Below, in pieces: positions 50,069 through 62,777 of a stretch of DNA of 64,000 nt. A program made the translations under genes and the position numbers. This stretch comes from Antedon mediterranea (taxonomy: Eukaryota > Animalia > Echinodermata), in assembly GCF_964355755.1 (NCBI RefSeq), contig NC_092671.1, positions 37,148,304-37,212,303 of the forward strand, written 5' to 3'. Below the pieces are notes generated by a model. The model made no database searches, was not told the origin of the DNA, and saw nothing but the letters and a program-made list of their open reading frames with translations. Within the stretch, counting starts at the first letter, position 1. Each line of letters begins with the position of its first letter.

Positions 50069-51803
50069 CACATGCGCAACAGAGATAAACATTGATACAC
50101 GCCCTCATCTTCCAGTATATTGGGCAAGAAGAAAAAAAAACAATTAGATAAATAAAAAAAAGGCACGTTCATTAATTTATTTTTATTTTGAATTTTAATC
50201 GTTTTAACAGTATATTACAGAGCCTATGACGTTTTTGTAATCTGCATTTTAATTGTTTTTAACAATATTTTAACGTAGGCCTAAATAGTATTTTAAAATT
50301 GTCTTTTGCAATTTGATGTATTTTTCTTTGTTATTTTATTGTCTTAATTTATATGCCAAGCAAAACGAATTTCCATTTTAATTTTTGTTTTGTTTTGTGT
50401 CCTTTTTTTGAAAATTAAAAAAACTTTGAATGAAAAGCAGAAAATTGTTTTATATATGTGAAAACATTCACGAAAAGATTTTGTTGAAGATTAGCAAGAT
50501 ATTAGTTTGTTCAATAAATTGTTGGTAAGACTTTGAAAAACATTTTGTTGGCATATTCATATTGTTTAATCATTGTACGATGAAAGTGCTAACATTAATA
50601 AAGATAAGGTGGACAGTAGAATACTGAATCTTGCAGGCCATTAAACCTGACATTTAAAAAGGTAACAACAACATTATATTATGTTTTCATCATCTTATAG
50701 TTACTAAGTCAATAATCTAAAAGTTGCATTGTACATGAAATAGCTCTTTACTTCTAACAATTGCTATAATCCATATAATAATACAAATCCCTTTTACTAT
50801 TTTTTAAAATAGCCTTTATTATACTTAAATACAGTATTGTTAATTTTATTTACAGTAATATAATAATATTATTATGAGGCCTATACAAGTTTTTATTTCT
50901 GTTACCAGTGCGATTCACAGTCACCACTATGTCTTCTTCGGTCAAGATTTTATAATAATAAGTAAAATAATTATTATCTTATTATTGGGTAACATGTATA
51001 TAAGGCAATTATACTAGTGTCAATATTAATATTATTATGTAACTTCTTATTATAGAGAACCCTTGGGGACACCTTAAAGAACTAACAAGCGTTCTTATTA
51101 TAGAGAACCCTTGGGGACACCTTAAAGAACCAACAAGCGTTCTTATTATAGAGAACCCTTGGGGAAACCTTAAAGAACCAACAAGCGTTCTCTTTTAAAG
51201 AGGTGTCCTCTGAATCAGTATTAAAATAGTAAACATATTATTACCCAATCAGTCGTTTTGCGGTAAAGTGTCTCCTTAATAGGGGTATCCCGTTTAGGGG
51301 GTCTCAAATTAGGGGTTGTACTATAATTAAGAAACCTGTGTAAATTAAACAACAAATTCCACAGATCACAAAGTTACTGTATCGTGTTATCTGTATAACC
51401 TTTTATAATGTATTCCCAAACCCCTCCCCTCCACCCTCACATTAGAATACACAGTACGTAATAAAAGATATTAATTTGTACACTAAAATAAAAAAAAAAT
51501 TTAAAGTAGAAATATTAAATACTAAACATCCAATTTTTATACACTTTATTAAAATAAGGTCATGTGATTGTGTCTTACGTAGTTAAATGTAAAAACATAC
51601 TTTTAATTAATTTTATAATTAAACAAAAATTAATATTTCCAAATATTAAGATAACAACAGAACATTTAAATACACAACTTAAACAATTAAGACATAAATG
51701 GTAATAATTTAGTTCGTGTACACTTGCTTTAATAATGTGATTGTTCCTGATCTGTTCTGATTACGAACATTTAACATAAATGTTTTCATGTTTTGTAGTT
51801 ATT

Positions 51804-53969
51804 TTAATAATTAAATATTTTTACATTGTTTGATCTGTGGTTTGCCACTACAGCTCTCCTTGGTCTTTCTGAGATTGCAGCCATCCCACATGGAGTATCC
51901 AACCCATCATCTTTGTTATCTATTCGTTTAATGAATTTACCATTTTGATCAAATAGTTGTAGTTTATGATTACTGGATACTATCATATTCCCACCCATAT
52001 CTATGGTTATGCCATGAGGACACCAGACGTTACCATCTTCTGTACCGTAGCCTACAAGAATCTTAATCAGCTTATCATTACCATCAAACATTTGTATTCT
52101 GCAATTTCCAAATTCAGCAACAATCAAATGACCATCCTTTGTTACAGCAACATCTTCTGGTTTTTTCATTTGACCGGCTTCACTACCTTCAGAACTTATC
52201 TTTCCCAGTAGACTACCATCATCAATATTGAATTTAAACACACAGTGACATTCATAATCTGCTACATATAACATCCTGGTCTTTTGGTTTACTGTTACTC
52301 CCATTGGATATTTTAATACTCCTTTACCAAAGGTTCGGATTTCATGATATTGATTATCACACATTACAACACATTTACCTAAATCATCACTATACACCAT
52401 GTGACCATTGCCTATTAGATGCGTTTGATTGACTTGTACATTTTGTGGTATTCGTATCTTAGAAACAAAACCACCTGATTGATCAAACTTTATTAAATCT
52501 TTACTGTAACTTGATACCAACATACATCCATCAGTATCCAATACTACGTCTGTCACCTTATCTTCTTTATCATGTTCTTTATACTCTGATATGATGTTTG
52601 TGGTATGTACAAGTCCAAGAGGTTCCACCTTGATACTCACTGGTGAACCTATGACATGTAACAAATCTCCATCAGTGATATCCATTTGCCAATCCCCTTC
52701 CAAATTGCATCTACCTGTTACTGTGTATTCTCCCTTTCTGTGTACTACTTCAGTGGCTGATTTCTCACCTGATGAGTTGCTTAGTGTGGCTGTTAATTGA
52801 CCAACATCACTCTCTGCTAGAATTGATATTCTCACACTAAATGGCTGTCCTTTTGTAACTGAAATGTTCTCATCTTCTTTATTAACCTTGTATATACCAC
52901 CAACAGTGATAAGTTTACCAACACCTTCATGATTCATCAACTCAACCAGTTTTGGAGATGGAATAAATTTTAGTGTAATTCTTGTTTTAGCAAATGATTT
53001 ATCCAATTCATCTGCTGCAGCGTCATTCTCAACTACAGTGATAGTTGTCTGGTATGATGCAAGGTTTTCTGTTTCTGTTGGTTTATTCATTGTTTTCTTG
53101 ATTGATTCCATCAACGTGTTTACTTGTGTCAGCTTTGATTCAATACTTTTAACTTGACGATCAATAACTTTGCTTTGTTCTTTATAAATCTGTGTAATAT
53201 TTGCCATCATTATCTTCGTTTCTTCCTTCACCTTTCTGATAATTTTACTCTCGTGAATTTCAATCGCTGTTCTGCTTAACTTTAAATTAGATTCAAACTC
53301 TGATCTCTCTTTAGTAATAACATCTAATTTCTCTTTTAGTTGTCTCTTAATGCCTTCAGCTGTCTTCATAGTTTCAGTAACAGTTTTGTTGATGTCATTC
53401 AGAGCTGTCTCCATTGGTATCACCTTGTGTTGATTTCTATAACAACTGAGAATATGTTTGCAATCTTCACATGCAGGAAGTTTACATGTACGACAGTAAT
53501 CTTCCAGCTTTTTATCCGGGTGATTTTTGCAGTTTAGTGAATCTTCACTTTGTTCTTCTATGTCTGTATCCAGTGTGTATAGTGGATGGTTCGCCAGCGC
53601 AGGGAACATCTTATGATGTTGGATGCATTGCCTACACATATACATTTCACATTCAGAGCAATAGTCCTGAGGTTGATTCGCACATCTTGAGCATGCTTCT
53701 GGTTTTTCGGATTCAATCTTCTCAACGTATTCAACTAGGTAACTGATTGTTTCATTGCACTTCAAATGTTTCAAAGCACCATCTTTAAGATCGTACGTCT
53801 GACGGCATTTTGGACATCGTATCTTGCCGTGTCTTCTCATCAAATCTTGCAGGCAGTTAAGACAGTAAATGTGAAGACAGTTAAGCGCCTTTGGATCTGT
53901 GAATCTTTGTAGACAGATTGAACATTCCAGATCTCTTTTGTCAAAAAACTTTACTGTTTTAGCAGACAT
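51804..53969 (-). CDS. TRIM-NHL E3 ubiquitin ligase, copy 2, 721 aa
   Basis: Same domain architecture as copy 1, clearly paralogous, intact ORF. Confidence 0.95.
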   Translation of the reverse strand: MSAKTVKFFDKRDLECSICLQRFTDPKALNCLHIYCLNCLQDLMRRHGKIRCPKCRQTYDLKDGALKHLKCNETISYLVEYVEKIESEKPEACSRCANQPQDYCSECEMYMCRQCIQHHKMFPALANHPLYTLDTDIEEQSEDSLNCKNHPDKKLEDYCRTCKLPACEDCKHILSCYRNQHKVIPMETALNDINKTVTETMKTAEGIKRQLKEKLDVITKERSEFESNLKLSRTAIEIHESKIIRKVKEETKIMMANITQIYKEQSKVIDRQVKSIESKLTQVNTLMESIKKTMNKPTETENLASYQTTITVVENDAAADELDKSFAKTRITLKFIPSPKLVELMNHEGVGKLITVGGIYKVNKEDENISVTKGQPFSVRISILAESDVGQLTATLSNSSGEKSATEVVHRKGEYTVTGRCNLEGDWQMDITDGDLLHVIGSPVSIKVEPLGLVHTTNIISEYKEHDKEDKVTDVVLDTDGCMLVSSYSKDLIKFDQSGGFVSKIRIPQNVQVNQTHLIGNGHMVYSDDLGKCVVMCDNQYHEIRTFGKGVLKYPMGVTVNQKTRMLYVADYECHCVFKFNIDDGSLLGKISSEGSEAGQMKKPEDVAVTKDGHLIVAEFGNCRIQMFDGNDKLIKILVGYGTEDGNVWCPHGITIDMGGNMIVSSNHKLQLFDQNGKFIKRIDNKDDGLDTPCGMAAISERPRRAVVANHRSNNVKIFNY

Positions 53970-55441
53970 CTGTAAAATATAATACAGTATTTTTTTCAGT
54001 TAGTGTAAACTATAAGATGTATTCCAGAAGGAAGGACAGAGTGCGAGGATGATCATGATCAACATAACCCTAATGTTGGCTTTGGATGGATGGCTAAGAA
54101 ATAAAATAAGAAAATGCTTTCTAAAATGTCTACTATTAAAAGAAGAGCAACCAACATAAAGTACGGTAACCTCTGTAAATTATTATTTACGGGAAAACAA
54201 TCTAAAACCATCATATTCTAATGCAAAGATCAACAAATTGAGTTGAATGGGATAAATTGTAATGATTTTAAAAATTGAGGCGGGGCCATGATGAATTCTG
54301 TCACGAATACAACATTCGTTATTTGCTTCATAACCGTCACACATTGTCTAACAACTTGTTTTCAATTTCATGTATTGAAATGGCGACACCATGCAGTAGA
54401 TATACAGTCGGAATTTACAAATATAACCCAATCTATCGTATCGAATACAATTATAAAAATGTTTACCCAAGCTAAAAAGCGTGGCCTACAATAGTAGGGC
54501 CTACCTTCAATCGTTAAAATGAGAGAAATATGGCTGGATACAAATATTATCCATGTGTGTTATAATACACATTGTATATAGAACCTTATTTTTATCATAG
54601 AAAAGGTTATTACTAACTTTGAAAATGTTGTAATCTTCAAAAGACTGTAAATATTCAGACGAACCTTCTACTTGTGTTCCTGTTCCTGCTGTCTGTTGTG
54701 TATTAGGGAATATACCTTCTGGCCTTCAAATACTGTTATTTAACGTTCTTTCTAGTAGACTGGAAATGTGTACCGTACTTGTGTTCCTGTTCCTGCTGTC
54801 TATTGTGTATCAGACAATGTACACTCTGGCCTTCAAATATTTTTATTGAACGTTCTTTCATCTAGCCTAGTAGACTGGAAATGTGAACTGTACTTGCGAT
54901 CAGTTGAATGTGTGTAGATTATTAGTGCTTGATAATATAACATTTGTATTTAGAAAATCAGGGTAGTAAATTAATAACAAAAAAAAACTTCTTTGTTTGC
55001 TCTTTTACGTAATTGTGCAATAGAGGTAAACAAAAGTCAGTTTACATAAGATAGTGTTAACAATATATTTAATATTAACGTTATATTTTTACACACGAAA
55101 GACCCTTTTGAGAAGTTGACTCAAACTTGTGTGTGAATAGGCCTATACTTTATATAATTTCTTATGCGGATTTTAATCCTAAGTTATTAATAAAAGTTAA
55201 TGAGTGCCTGGTCCTCGAAAGACAATATGGGTTATAATGTTATTGTTTTAATCCGTTTTAATTATTAAATACGGTTTGTCGATGTTTACACAAATTAAGT
55301 TGGAAAAAATAGGCCCTTTAATTTGAATTCATGAGCAATTTGTAACTATAATTAAAATTGGGAAAATCCAGTGTTCTGATTAGACTTGCTTTATGTATTT
55401 GTGTTTGCCAGTTACGCTTAGCAACTAGAGACAAAAAAAGC

Positions 55442-56016
55442 ACCAATAGATTTATCATGTAACCAGGTCCATGGATTTATTATTAACTTGTATAGACCAA
55501 TAGATTTATCACGTAACCAGGTGCATGGATTTATTATTAACTTAGACCAATAGATTTATCACGTAACCAGGTCCATGGATTTATTATTAACTTGTATAGA
55601 CCAATAGATTTATCATGTAACCAGGTGCATGGATTTATTATTAACTTATATAGACCAATAGATTTATCATGTAACCAGGTGCATGGATTTATTATTAACT
55701 TATATAGACCAATAGATTTATCACGTAACCAGGTCCATGGATTTATTATTAACTTGTATAGACCAATAGATTTATCACGTAACCAGGTCCATGGATTTAT
55801 TATTAACTTAGACCAATAGATTTATCACGTAACCAGGTCCATGGATTTATTATTAACTTAGACCAATAGATTTATCACGTAACCAGGTCCATGGATTTAT
55901 TATTAACTTGTATAGACCAATAGATTTATCACGTAACCAAGTGCATGGATTTATTATTAACTTATATAGACCAATAGATTTATCACGTAACCTGGTCCAT
56001 GGATTTGTTATTAACT
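55442..56016. repeat. 50/54-bp minisatellite x 11
   Basis: ACCAATAGATTTATCA(C/T)GTAACCAGGT(C/G)CATGGATTTATTATTAACTT(GTAT)AG. Confidence 0.92.
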
Positions 56017-57606
56017 ATTTATTTGTATTTAAATCAACAAAAGTTAACTAAATTAAGTATGGTAACACAATGTTGCATAAAACAAGAATAAGGCTATTGA
56101 ATGAATGAATGTTTGGTTCAAACTATGTCCTTTGAACAATGATATTTCTTCCTACTGGGTGCATGATTTATTACAGTATTTTGTCATCATTTTTTCCAAT
56201 CGTTCAATTTACACAAACAATTAACTCGTTGAATGAGTAATGTTCGTAATTCAAATTCTTTATAAATGGCAAGCATGCGCAGTCATATACAGCGGAATTA
56301 TACATTACCAATCACTTATTTAGATTTGAAGTGAAAATTGAAAAAGCTGAAACTTCAATCTTGTTTTATAACACACCTAAACTAAGTTTAAATTCAAATT
56401 TATTGTAAATTGCGAGCATGCACAGTCATACACAGCGCAATCACGCATTACCAACAATCACTTATTTTGAATTGAATTGAAAATCGAAAAACTAAATCTT
56501 CAATCAGTAAAAATAATACATAGCGTAGCACATAGCGATACAACATCAACCAATCAAATGACAAAGACAGGCATGGATGTACCCTGTAGGCCTAATACAA
56601 CAAATTGTATAAAACCTAATTTTTACAACACCTAATAATTGTAGAGAAAGTATTACTTGCATTGAAAATGTCGCAGACGTCTTTCTTTTTAAATGTTGAC
56701 TGAAATTATTCAGGCGAACTTGTGTTCCCGTCTGATGTGTGTTAGCCAAATATACCTTTGGTCCCCTTTAACGTTATTTTCTATATAGGTGTATATCTTC
56801 TGCGATCAGTTGAATATGTGAAGGATATTTTGTGACAATACGTCTGTTAAAAGGTGTATTGCACAATGTAAGGTACCAAGTTCACTGCAATGTACATATA
56901 TATATAACAACGTTGTATTTGGATAACCAGGGTAGTAGTATACTGTAGTATTAAGAACTTTGTTCTTTTGCGAACAGTTTAATTTAATAAGTAAATAGAT
57001 AGACAAGCCGGTTTAACTACAAACTCTGTGACAAAAAACGAGTCTGATAGTGTAGACAGAGCTTTAGACTGAGAGAAAGCTACCACCTAGATTCAAACCC
57101 GGAATCTTCTGCTTGTATGCGGACACCCTAACAATTAGACCACTGGACTTTCATGGTATGGTTCAAATGTGATTGTATTGTATAGCGACATTTTAACACC
57201 CTTGACGAGGTATGGTAAAACAACACTGGTCCTCAATTGTACACATGTGCAACAGAGATAAAAATTGATACGGCGCCTCATCTTCCAGTTCATATAAGGC
57301 AAGAAGAAAATAAGGCCATATACATGGCTGCAGTCGCGTGCTCAAATTTGAGTTAGTATTTACCGACCGACCAACCGTCCGACCAACATAACAAATAAAA
57401 ACATTTAGATAATAGGTACGTTCATAAATTTACTTTTATTTTGAATTTTAATCGTTTTAACAGTATATTACAGAGCCTATGACGTTTTTGTAATCTGCAT
57501 TTTTAATTGTTTTTAAACAGTACGGTATTTTAACAGTATTTTAACATAGGCCTATAAATAGTATTTTAGCATTGCCTTTGCAATTGGATGTATTTTTCTT
57601 GTTTTA

Positions 57607-58552
57607 TCTATATATAAATTTACGTAAGGGCAAAATTCGGTAAATCGCGCGTTACTTCTAGAATGTTTACTCGATGGTATATAAAGTTGGTTCGTACTTT
57701 CGATACTGATTTTAACCACCTGATGCAACCCTGTTTACTAATTAAATTGAGTTCGATAATTAGTTATTGACGATTAAAACGAATTTAGGTTCAACGATTT
57801 GCTCCAAATAGGGGTGTTTTCCGATCGTGGTATACACTGTCTAATGCATGTCCATCTTGAAAAATACCCGCATACAATAATACGAGGATGCTTCGCATTT
57901 TCCTATCTCCTCCTACGATAATTGTTATTAATCGCTGAAAACCGGTTGAACAGCTCGAGTAAAGCATCATAATGTTGAAGACAGGCCGATTTTCTTTAAA
58001 AAATACTATTTTGATAGAGGGGGTTTTCACAAATCGTTTTACATTTTATAAACATATACACTGACGTCGTAGTGATGTATCGTTACATGTACTGTACTAA
58101 TACAATCGACTAGGACGGTGATAGTTTCAACAAAGTATTACATCGCAATGTTTTACTGTGTTTAGTGGTATATTATTTGTAAAATATGAAAACAATTAAT
58201 ATTTCGTTACTAAATGGATAAAGAATATATTTAAAAATTGTTCCTCTTTGCACCCATCCTCTTCCCCATCCCTCAACCCTATGTTACATACAAAACACAA
58301 ATTAAGTTTGTTTAAATTTGACTTTTAAACAATTTTTCTCTTTCGGAAGTAATTCCAGGGTGTTAATTTTAGTTGAGTACATAAATCACAGTGTCTATTT
58401 ATTCGTTCCTGTAAACGACATGTATTATTGTCCTGCGGTACGTACATTTGAAATCGCCAGTTTTTTAGCGCTGAAATGATTATGTATTCGATAACCATCA
58501 TCTGTGGGGCACGGCCTACATGGTACGCGAGCGATGCGAGCGTACCATCTAG
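57607..58552 (+). mobile_element. 946-bp non-autonomous Helitron
   Basis: 5' TC, 3' hairpin GGTACGC..GCGTACC then CTAG. Inserted between A and T with no TSD, relative to the empty paralogous sites at ~28249 and ~50338. Confidence 0.88.
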
Positions 58553-58634
58553 TTGTTTTAATTATGCCAAGCAAAACGAATTCCCATTTTAAAGTGGACC
58601 AATAAAACTTCTTCAATCTTGATTTTTTTTTTAG

Positions 58635-58714
58635 CAATTAAACTAGATGTTCCACTTCCAAGTGAACAACAAATTATTCAGCTTACAGATTTTGTGTCCT
58701 TTCTTAAAAATTAA
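58635..58714 (+). pseudogene. Duplicated COPS8 terminal exon (intact acceptor and frame)
   Basis: TTTTTAG|CAATTAAACTAGATGTTCCA... translates as IKLDVPLPSEQQIIQLTDFVSFLKN*; the original is IKQDVPLPSEQQIIQLTDFVSFLEN*. Confidence 0.8.
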
Positions 58715-59351
58715 ACCTTTTTTAATGTAAATCATAAACTGTTTTATATCGGTGAAAACATTCACGAAAGATTTTCTTGAAGATTAGAAAGATATTAGTT
58801 TGTTCAAGAAATTGTTGGTAAGACTGTGAAAAAGATTTTGTTGGAATATTCATAATTGTTTAATCATTGTACAATAAAAGTGATAATATTATTAATGATA
58901 AGGTGGACAATAGAATACTGAATCTGACAGGCTATTAAACCTGACATTTGAAAAGGTAACAACAAAATTATATTACGTTTTCATCATCTTATAGTTACTA
59001 AGTCGATAATCTAAAAGTTGCATTGTACATGAAATAGCTGTTCATTTTTAATAATTGCTATAATCCATATAATACTACAAATCCCCTTTTTTTTAATATC
59101 ATTTATTTTACTTTAATACAGTATTGTTAATTTTATTTACAGTAATATAATAATATTATTATGAGGCCTATACAAGTTTTTATTTCTGTTACCAGTGTGA
59201 TTCACAGACAAAATAAACATCACTGTTGATTGTCAACACCATGCCTCCTTCTGATTTTATAATAATAAGTAAAATAATTATTATCTTATTATTGGAGTAA
59301 CATGTATATAAGGCAATTATACTAGTGTCAATATTAATATTATTATGTAAC

Positions 59352-60023
59352 TTCTTATTATAGAGAACCATTGGGGACACCTTAAAGAACCAACAAGCGT
59401 TCTTATTATAGAGAACCATTGGGGACACCTTAAAGAACCAACAAGCGTTCTTATTATAGAGAACCATTGGGGATACCTTAAAGAACCAACAAGCGTTCTT
59501 ATTATAGAGAACCCTTGGGGACACCTTAAAGAACCAACAAGCGTTCTTATTATAGAGAACCATTGGGGACACCTTAAAGAACCAACAAGCGTTCTTATTA
59601 TAGAGAACCATTGGGGACACCTTAAAGAACCAACAAGCGTTCTTATTATAGAGAACCCTTGGGGACACCTTAAAGAACCAACAAGCGTTCTTATTATAGA
59701 GAACCCTTGGGGACACCTTAAAGAACCAACAAGCGTTCTTATTATAGAGAACCCTTGGGGACACCTTAAAGAACCAACAAGCGTTCTTATTATAGAGAAC
59801 CCTTGGGGATACCTTAAAGAACCAACAAGCGTTCTTATTATAGAGAACCCTTGGGGATACCTTAAAGAACCAACAAGCGTTCTTATTATAGAGAACCCTT
59901 GGGGATACCTTAAAGAACCAACAAGCGTTCTTATTATAGAGAACCCTTGGGGATACCTTAAAGAACCAACAAGCGTTCTTATTATAGAGAACCCTTGGGG
60001 ATACCTTAAAGAACCAACAAGCG
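59352..60023. repeat. 48-bp minisatellite x 14
   Basis: TTCTTATTATAGAGAACC(A/C)TTGGGGA(C/T)ACCTTAAAGAACCAACAAGCG. Confidence 0.95.
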
Positions 60024-60608
60024 TTCCCTTTTAAAGAGGTGTCCCCTGAATAGTATTAAAATAGTAAACATATTATTACCCAATCGGTCGTTTCACGGGA
60101 TAGTGTCCCCTTAATAGGGGGTCCCAAATGAGGGGTTCTATAGTAATTAAGACACCTGTGTAAATTAAACAACAATTCCAAGTTACAGGTCTTAAAGTTA
60201 TTATTGATAATGCATCCCCCCTCCCCCCCCCCCCCTCACCCCACATTAGAATACACAGTACGTAATAAAAGATATTAATGTGTACGTTAAAATAAAAAAT
60301 TGAAAGTAAAAATATTAAACATTAAACATCTAATTTTTATACACTATATTAAAGTAAGGTCATGTGATTGTGTCTTACGTAGTAAAATATAAAAACATAT
60401 TTTTAATTAATTTTATACTTAAACTAAAATTAATATGCCAAAATATTAAGATAACAACAGAACATTCAAATATACGACTTAAGCAATTAAGACATAAATG
60501 GTAATTTAGTTTGTGTACACTAATTGCTTTAATAATGTGATTGTTCCTGATCTGTTCTGATTACGAACATTTAACAGAAATTTATCAATTATCTGGATGC
60601 ATGTTATT

Positions 60609-62777
60609 TTAATAATTAAATATTTTTATATTGTTTGCTTTGTGGTTTGCCACTACAACTCTCCTTGGTCTTTGTGAGATTACAGCAATCCCTAATGGAA
60701 TATCCAACCCATCATCTTTGTTATCTATTCGTTTAATGAATTTACCATTTTGATCAAATAGTTGTAGTTTATGATTACTGGATACTATCATATTCCCATC
60801 CATATCTATGGTTATACCAACAAGACCAAATACTTTACCATCTTCTACACCAGAGCCTACAAGGATCTTTATCAGCTTATCATTAGCATCAAACATTTGT
60901 ATTCTGCTATTTTCAAAATCAGCAACAATCAAATAACCCTCCTTTGTTAAAGCAACATCATGTGATTGTTTCATTTGACCTGCTTCACTACCTTCAGAAC
61001 CTATCTTACCCAGTAGACTACCATCATCAATATTGAATTTAAAAACACAGTGACATTCACGGTCTGCTACATATAATATCCTGGTCTTTTGGTTTACTGT
61101 TATTCCATTAGGATATTGTAATACTCCTTTACCAAAGGTTCGAATTTCATGATATTGATTATCACACATTACAACACATTTACCTAAATCATCACTATAC
61201 ACCATGTGACCATTGCTTATTTGATGCATGCAATTGACTTTAACATTTTGTGGCATTTGTATCTTAGAAACAAAACCACCTGATTGATCAAACTTTATTA
61301 AATCTTTACTGTAGCTGGACACTAACATACATCCATCAGTATTAAATACTACATCTGTCACTTTTTCTGTTTTATGATTTTCTTTATACTCTGATATGTT
61401 ATCTATGGTATGTACAAGTCCAACAGGTTCCACCTTGATACTCACTGGTGAACCTATGACGTGCGACATATCTCCATCAGTAATATCCATGTGCCAGTCT
61501 CCTTCCAAATCACATCTACCTGTTACTGTGTACTCTCCCTTTCTGTGTGTTACTTCAGTGGCTGATTTCTCACCTAATGAGTTGCTTAGTGTGGCTGTTA
61601 ATTTACCAACATCACTCTCTGCTAGAATTGATATTCTCACACTAAATGGCTGTCCTTTTGTGACTGAAATGTTCTCATCTTCTTTATTAACATTGTTTAC
61701 ACCACCAACAGTGATAAGTTTACCAATACCTTCATGATTCATCAACTCAAAAAGTTTTGGAGATGGAATAAACTTTGGTGTAATTCTTGTTTTAGCAAAT
61801 GATTTATCCAATTCATCTGCTGCAGCGTCATTCCCAACTGCAGTGATAGTTGTCTGATATGTTGCAAGGTTTTCTGTTTCTGTTGGTTTATTCATTGTTT
61901 TCTTGATGGATTCCATCAACGTGTTTACTTGTGTCAGCTTTAATTCAATACTTTTAACTTGACGATCGATATCTTTGCTTTGTTCTTTATAAATCTGTGT
62001 AAGATTTGCCATTATTATCTTCGTTTCTTCTTTCACCTTTCTGATAATTGTCTTCTCGTGAATTTCAATCGCTGTTCTGCTTAACTTCAAATTAGATTCA
62101 AACTCTGATCTCGCTTTAGTAATAAAATCTAATCTCTCTTTTAGTTTTCTCTTAATTCCTTCAGCTGTCTTCATAGTTTCAGTAACAGTTGTATTAATCT
62201 CATTCAGAGCTATCTTCATTGGGATCACCTCATGTTTATTTCTATAACAACGGACAATATGCTTGCAATCTTCACATGCAGGAAGTTTACATGTACGACA
62301 GTAATCTTCCAGTTTTTTATTCGGGTGATTTTGGCAGTTTAGTGAATCTTCACTTTGTTCTTCTATGTCTGTATCCAGTGTGTATAGTGAATGGTTCTCC
62401 AGCGTAGGGAACATCTTATGCTGTTGGATGCATTGTCGACACATATACATTTCACATTCAGAGCAATAGTCCTGAGGTTGATTTGCACATCTTGAGCATG
62501 CTTCTGGTTTTTCAGATTCAATCTTCTCAACGTATTCGACAAGGTAACTGATTGTTTCATTGCACTTTAAATGTTTCAAATCACCATCTTTAAGATCGTA
62601 CGTCTCACGGCATTTTGGACATCGTATCTTGCCGTGTCTTCTCATAAAATCTTGCAGGCAGTTAAGACAGTAAGTGTGAAGACAGTTAAGCGCCTTTGGA
62701 TCTTTGAATCTTTGTAGACAGATTGAACATTGCAAATCTCCTTTGTCAAAAATCTTCAATACTGTTTTAGCAGACAT
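60609..62777 (-). CDS. TRIM-NHL E3 ubiquitin ligase, copy 3, 722 aa
   Basis: Same domain architecture, intact ORF. Confidence 0.95.
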   Translation of the reverse strand: MSAKTVLKIFDKGDLQCSICLQRFKDPKALNCLHTYCLNCLQDFMRRHGKIRCPKCRETYDLKDGDLKHLKCNETISYLVEYVEKIESEKPEACSRCANQPQDYCSECEMYMCRQCIQQHKMFPTLENHSLYTLDTDIEEQSEDSLNCQNHPNKKLEDYCRTCKLPACEDCKHIVRCYRNKHEVIPMKIALNEINTTVTETMKTAEGIKRKLKERLDFITKARSEFESNLKLSRTAIEIHEKTIIRKVKEETKIIMANLTQIYKEQSKDIDRQVKSIELKLTQVNTLMESIKKTMNKPTETENLATYQTTITAVGNDAAADELDKSFAKTRITPKFIPSPKLFELMNHEGIGKLITVGGVNNVNKEDENISVTKGQPFSVRISILAESDVGKLTATLSNSLGEKSATEVTHRKGEYTVTGRCDLEGDWHMDITDGDMSHVIGSPVSIKVEPVGLVHTIDNISEYKENHKTEKVTDVVFNTDGCMLVSSYSKDLIKFDQSGGFVSKIQMPQNVKVNCMHQISNGHMVYSDDLGKCVVMCDNQYHEIRTFGKGVLQYPNGITVNQKTRILYVADRECHCVFKFNIDDGSLLGKIGSEGSEAGQMKQSHDVALTKEGYLIVADFENSRIQMFDANDKLIKILVGSGVEDGKVFGLVGITIDMDGNMIVSSNHKLQLFDQNGKFIKRIDNKDDGLDIPLGIAVISQRPRRVVVANHKANNIKIFNY

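Larger units (their letters stand above)
50068..56900. repeat. Segmental duplication unit 2 (COPS8 3' remnant + TRIM gene + upstream region)
   Basis: Colinear with ~28017-34185 and ~57240-63845. Confidence 0.85.

Noticed and set aside
59189-59764. 191-aa repetitive ORF (also ORFs at 55592-55819 and 49865-50095)
   Set aside because: Translations of minisatellites whose unit lengths are divisible by three.
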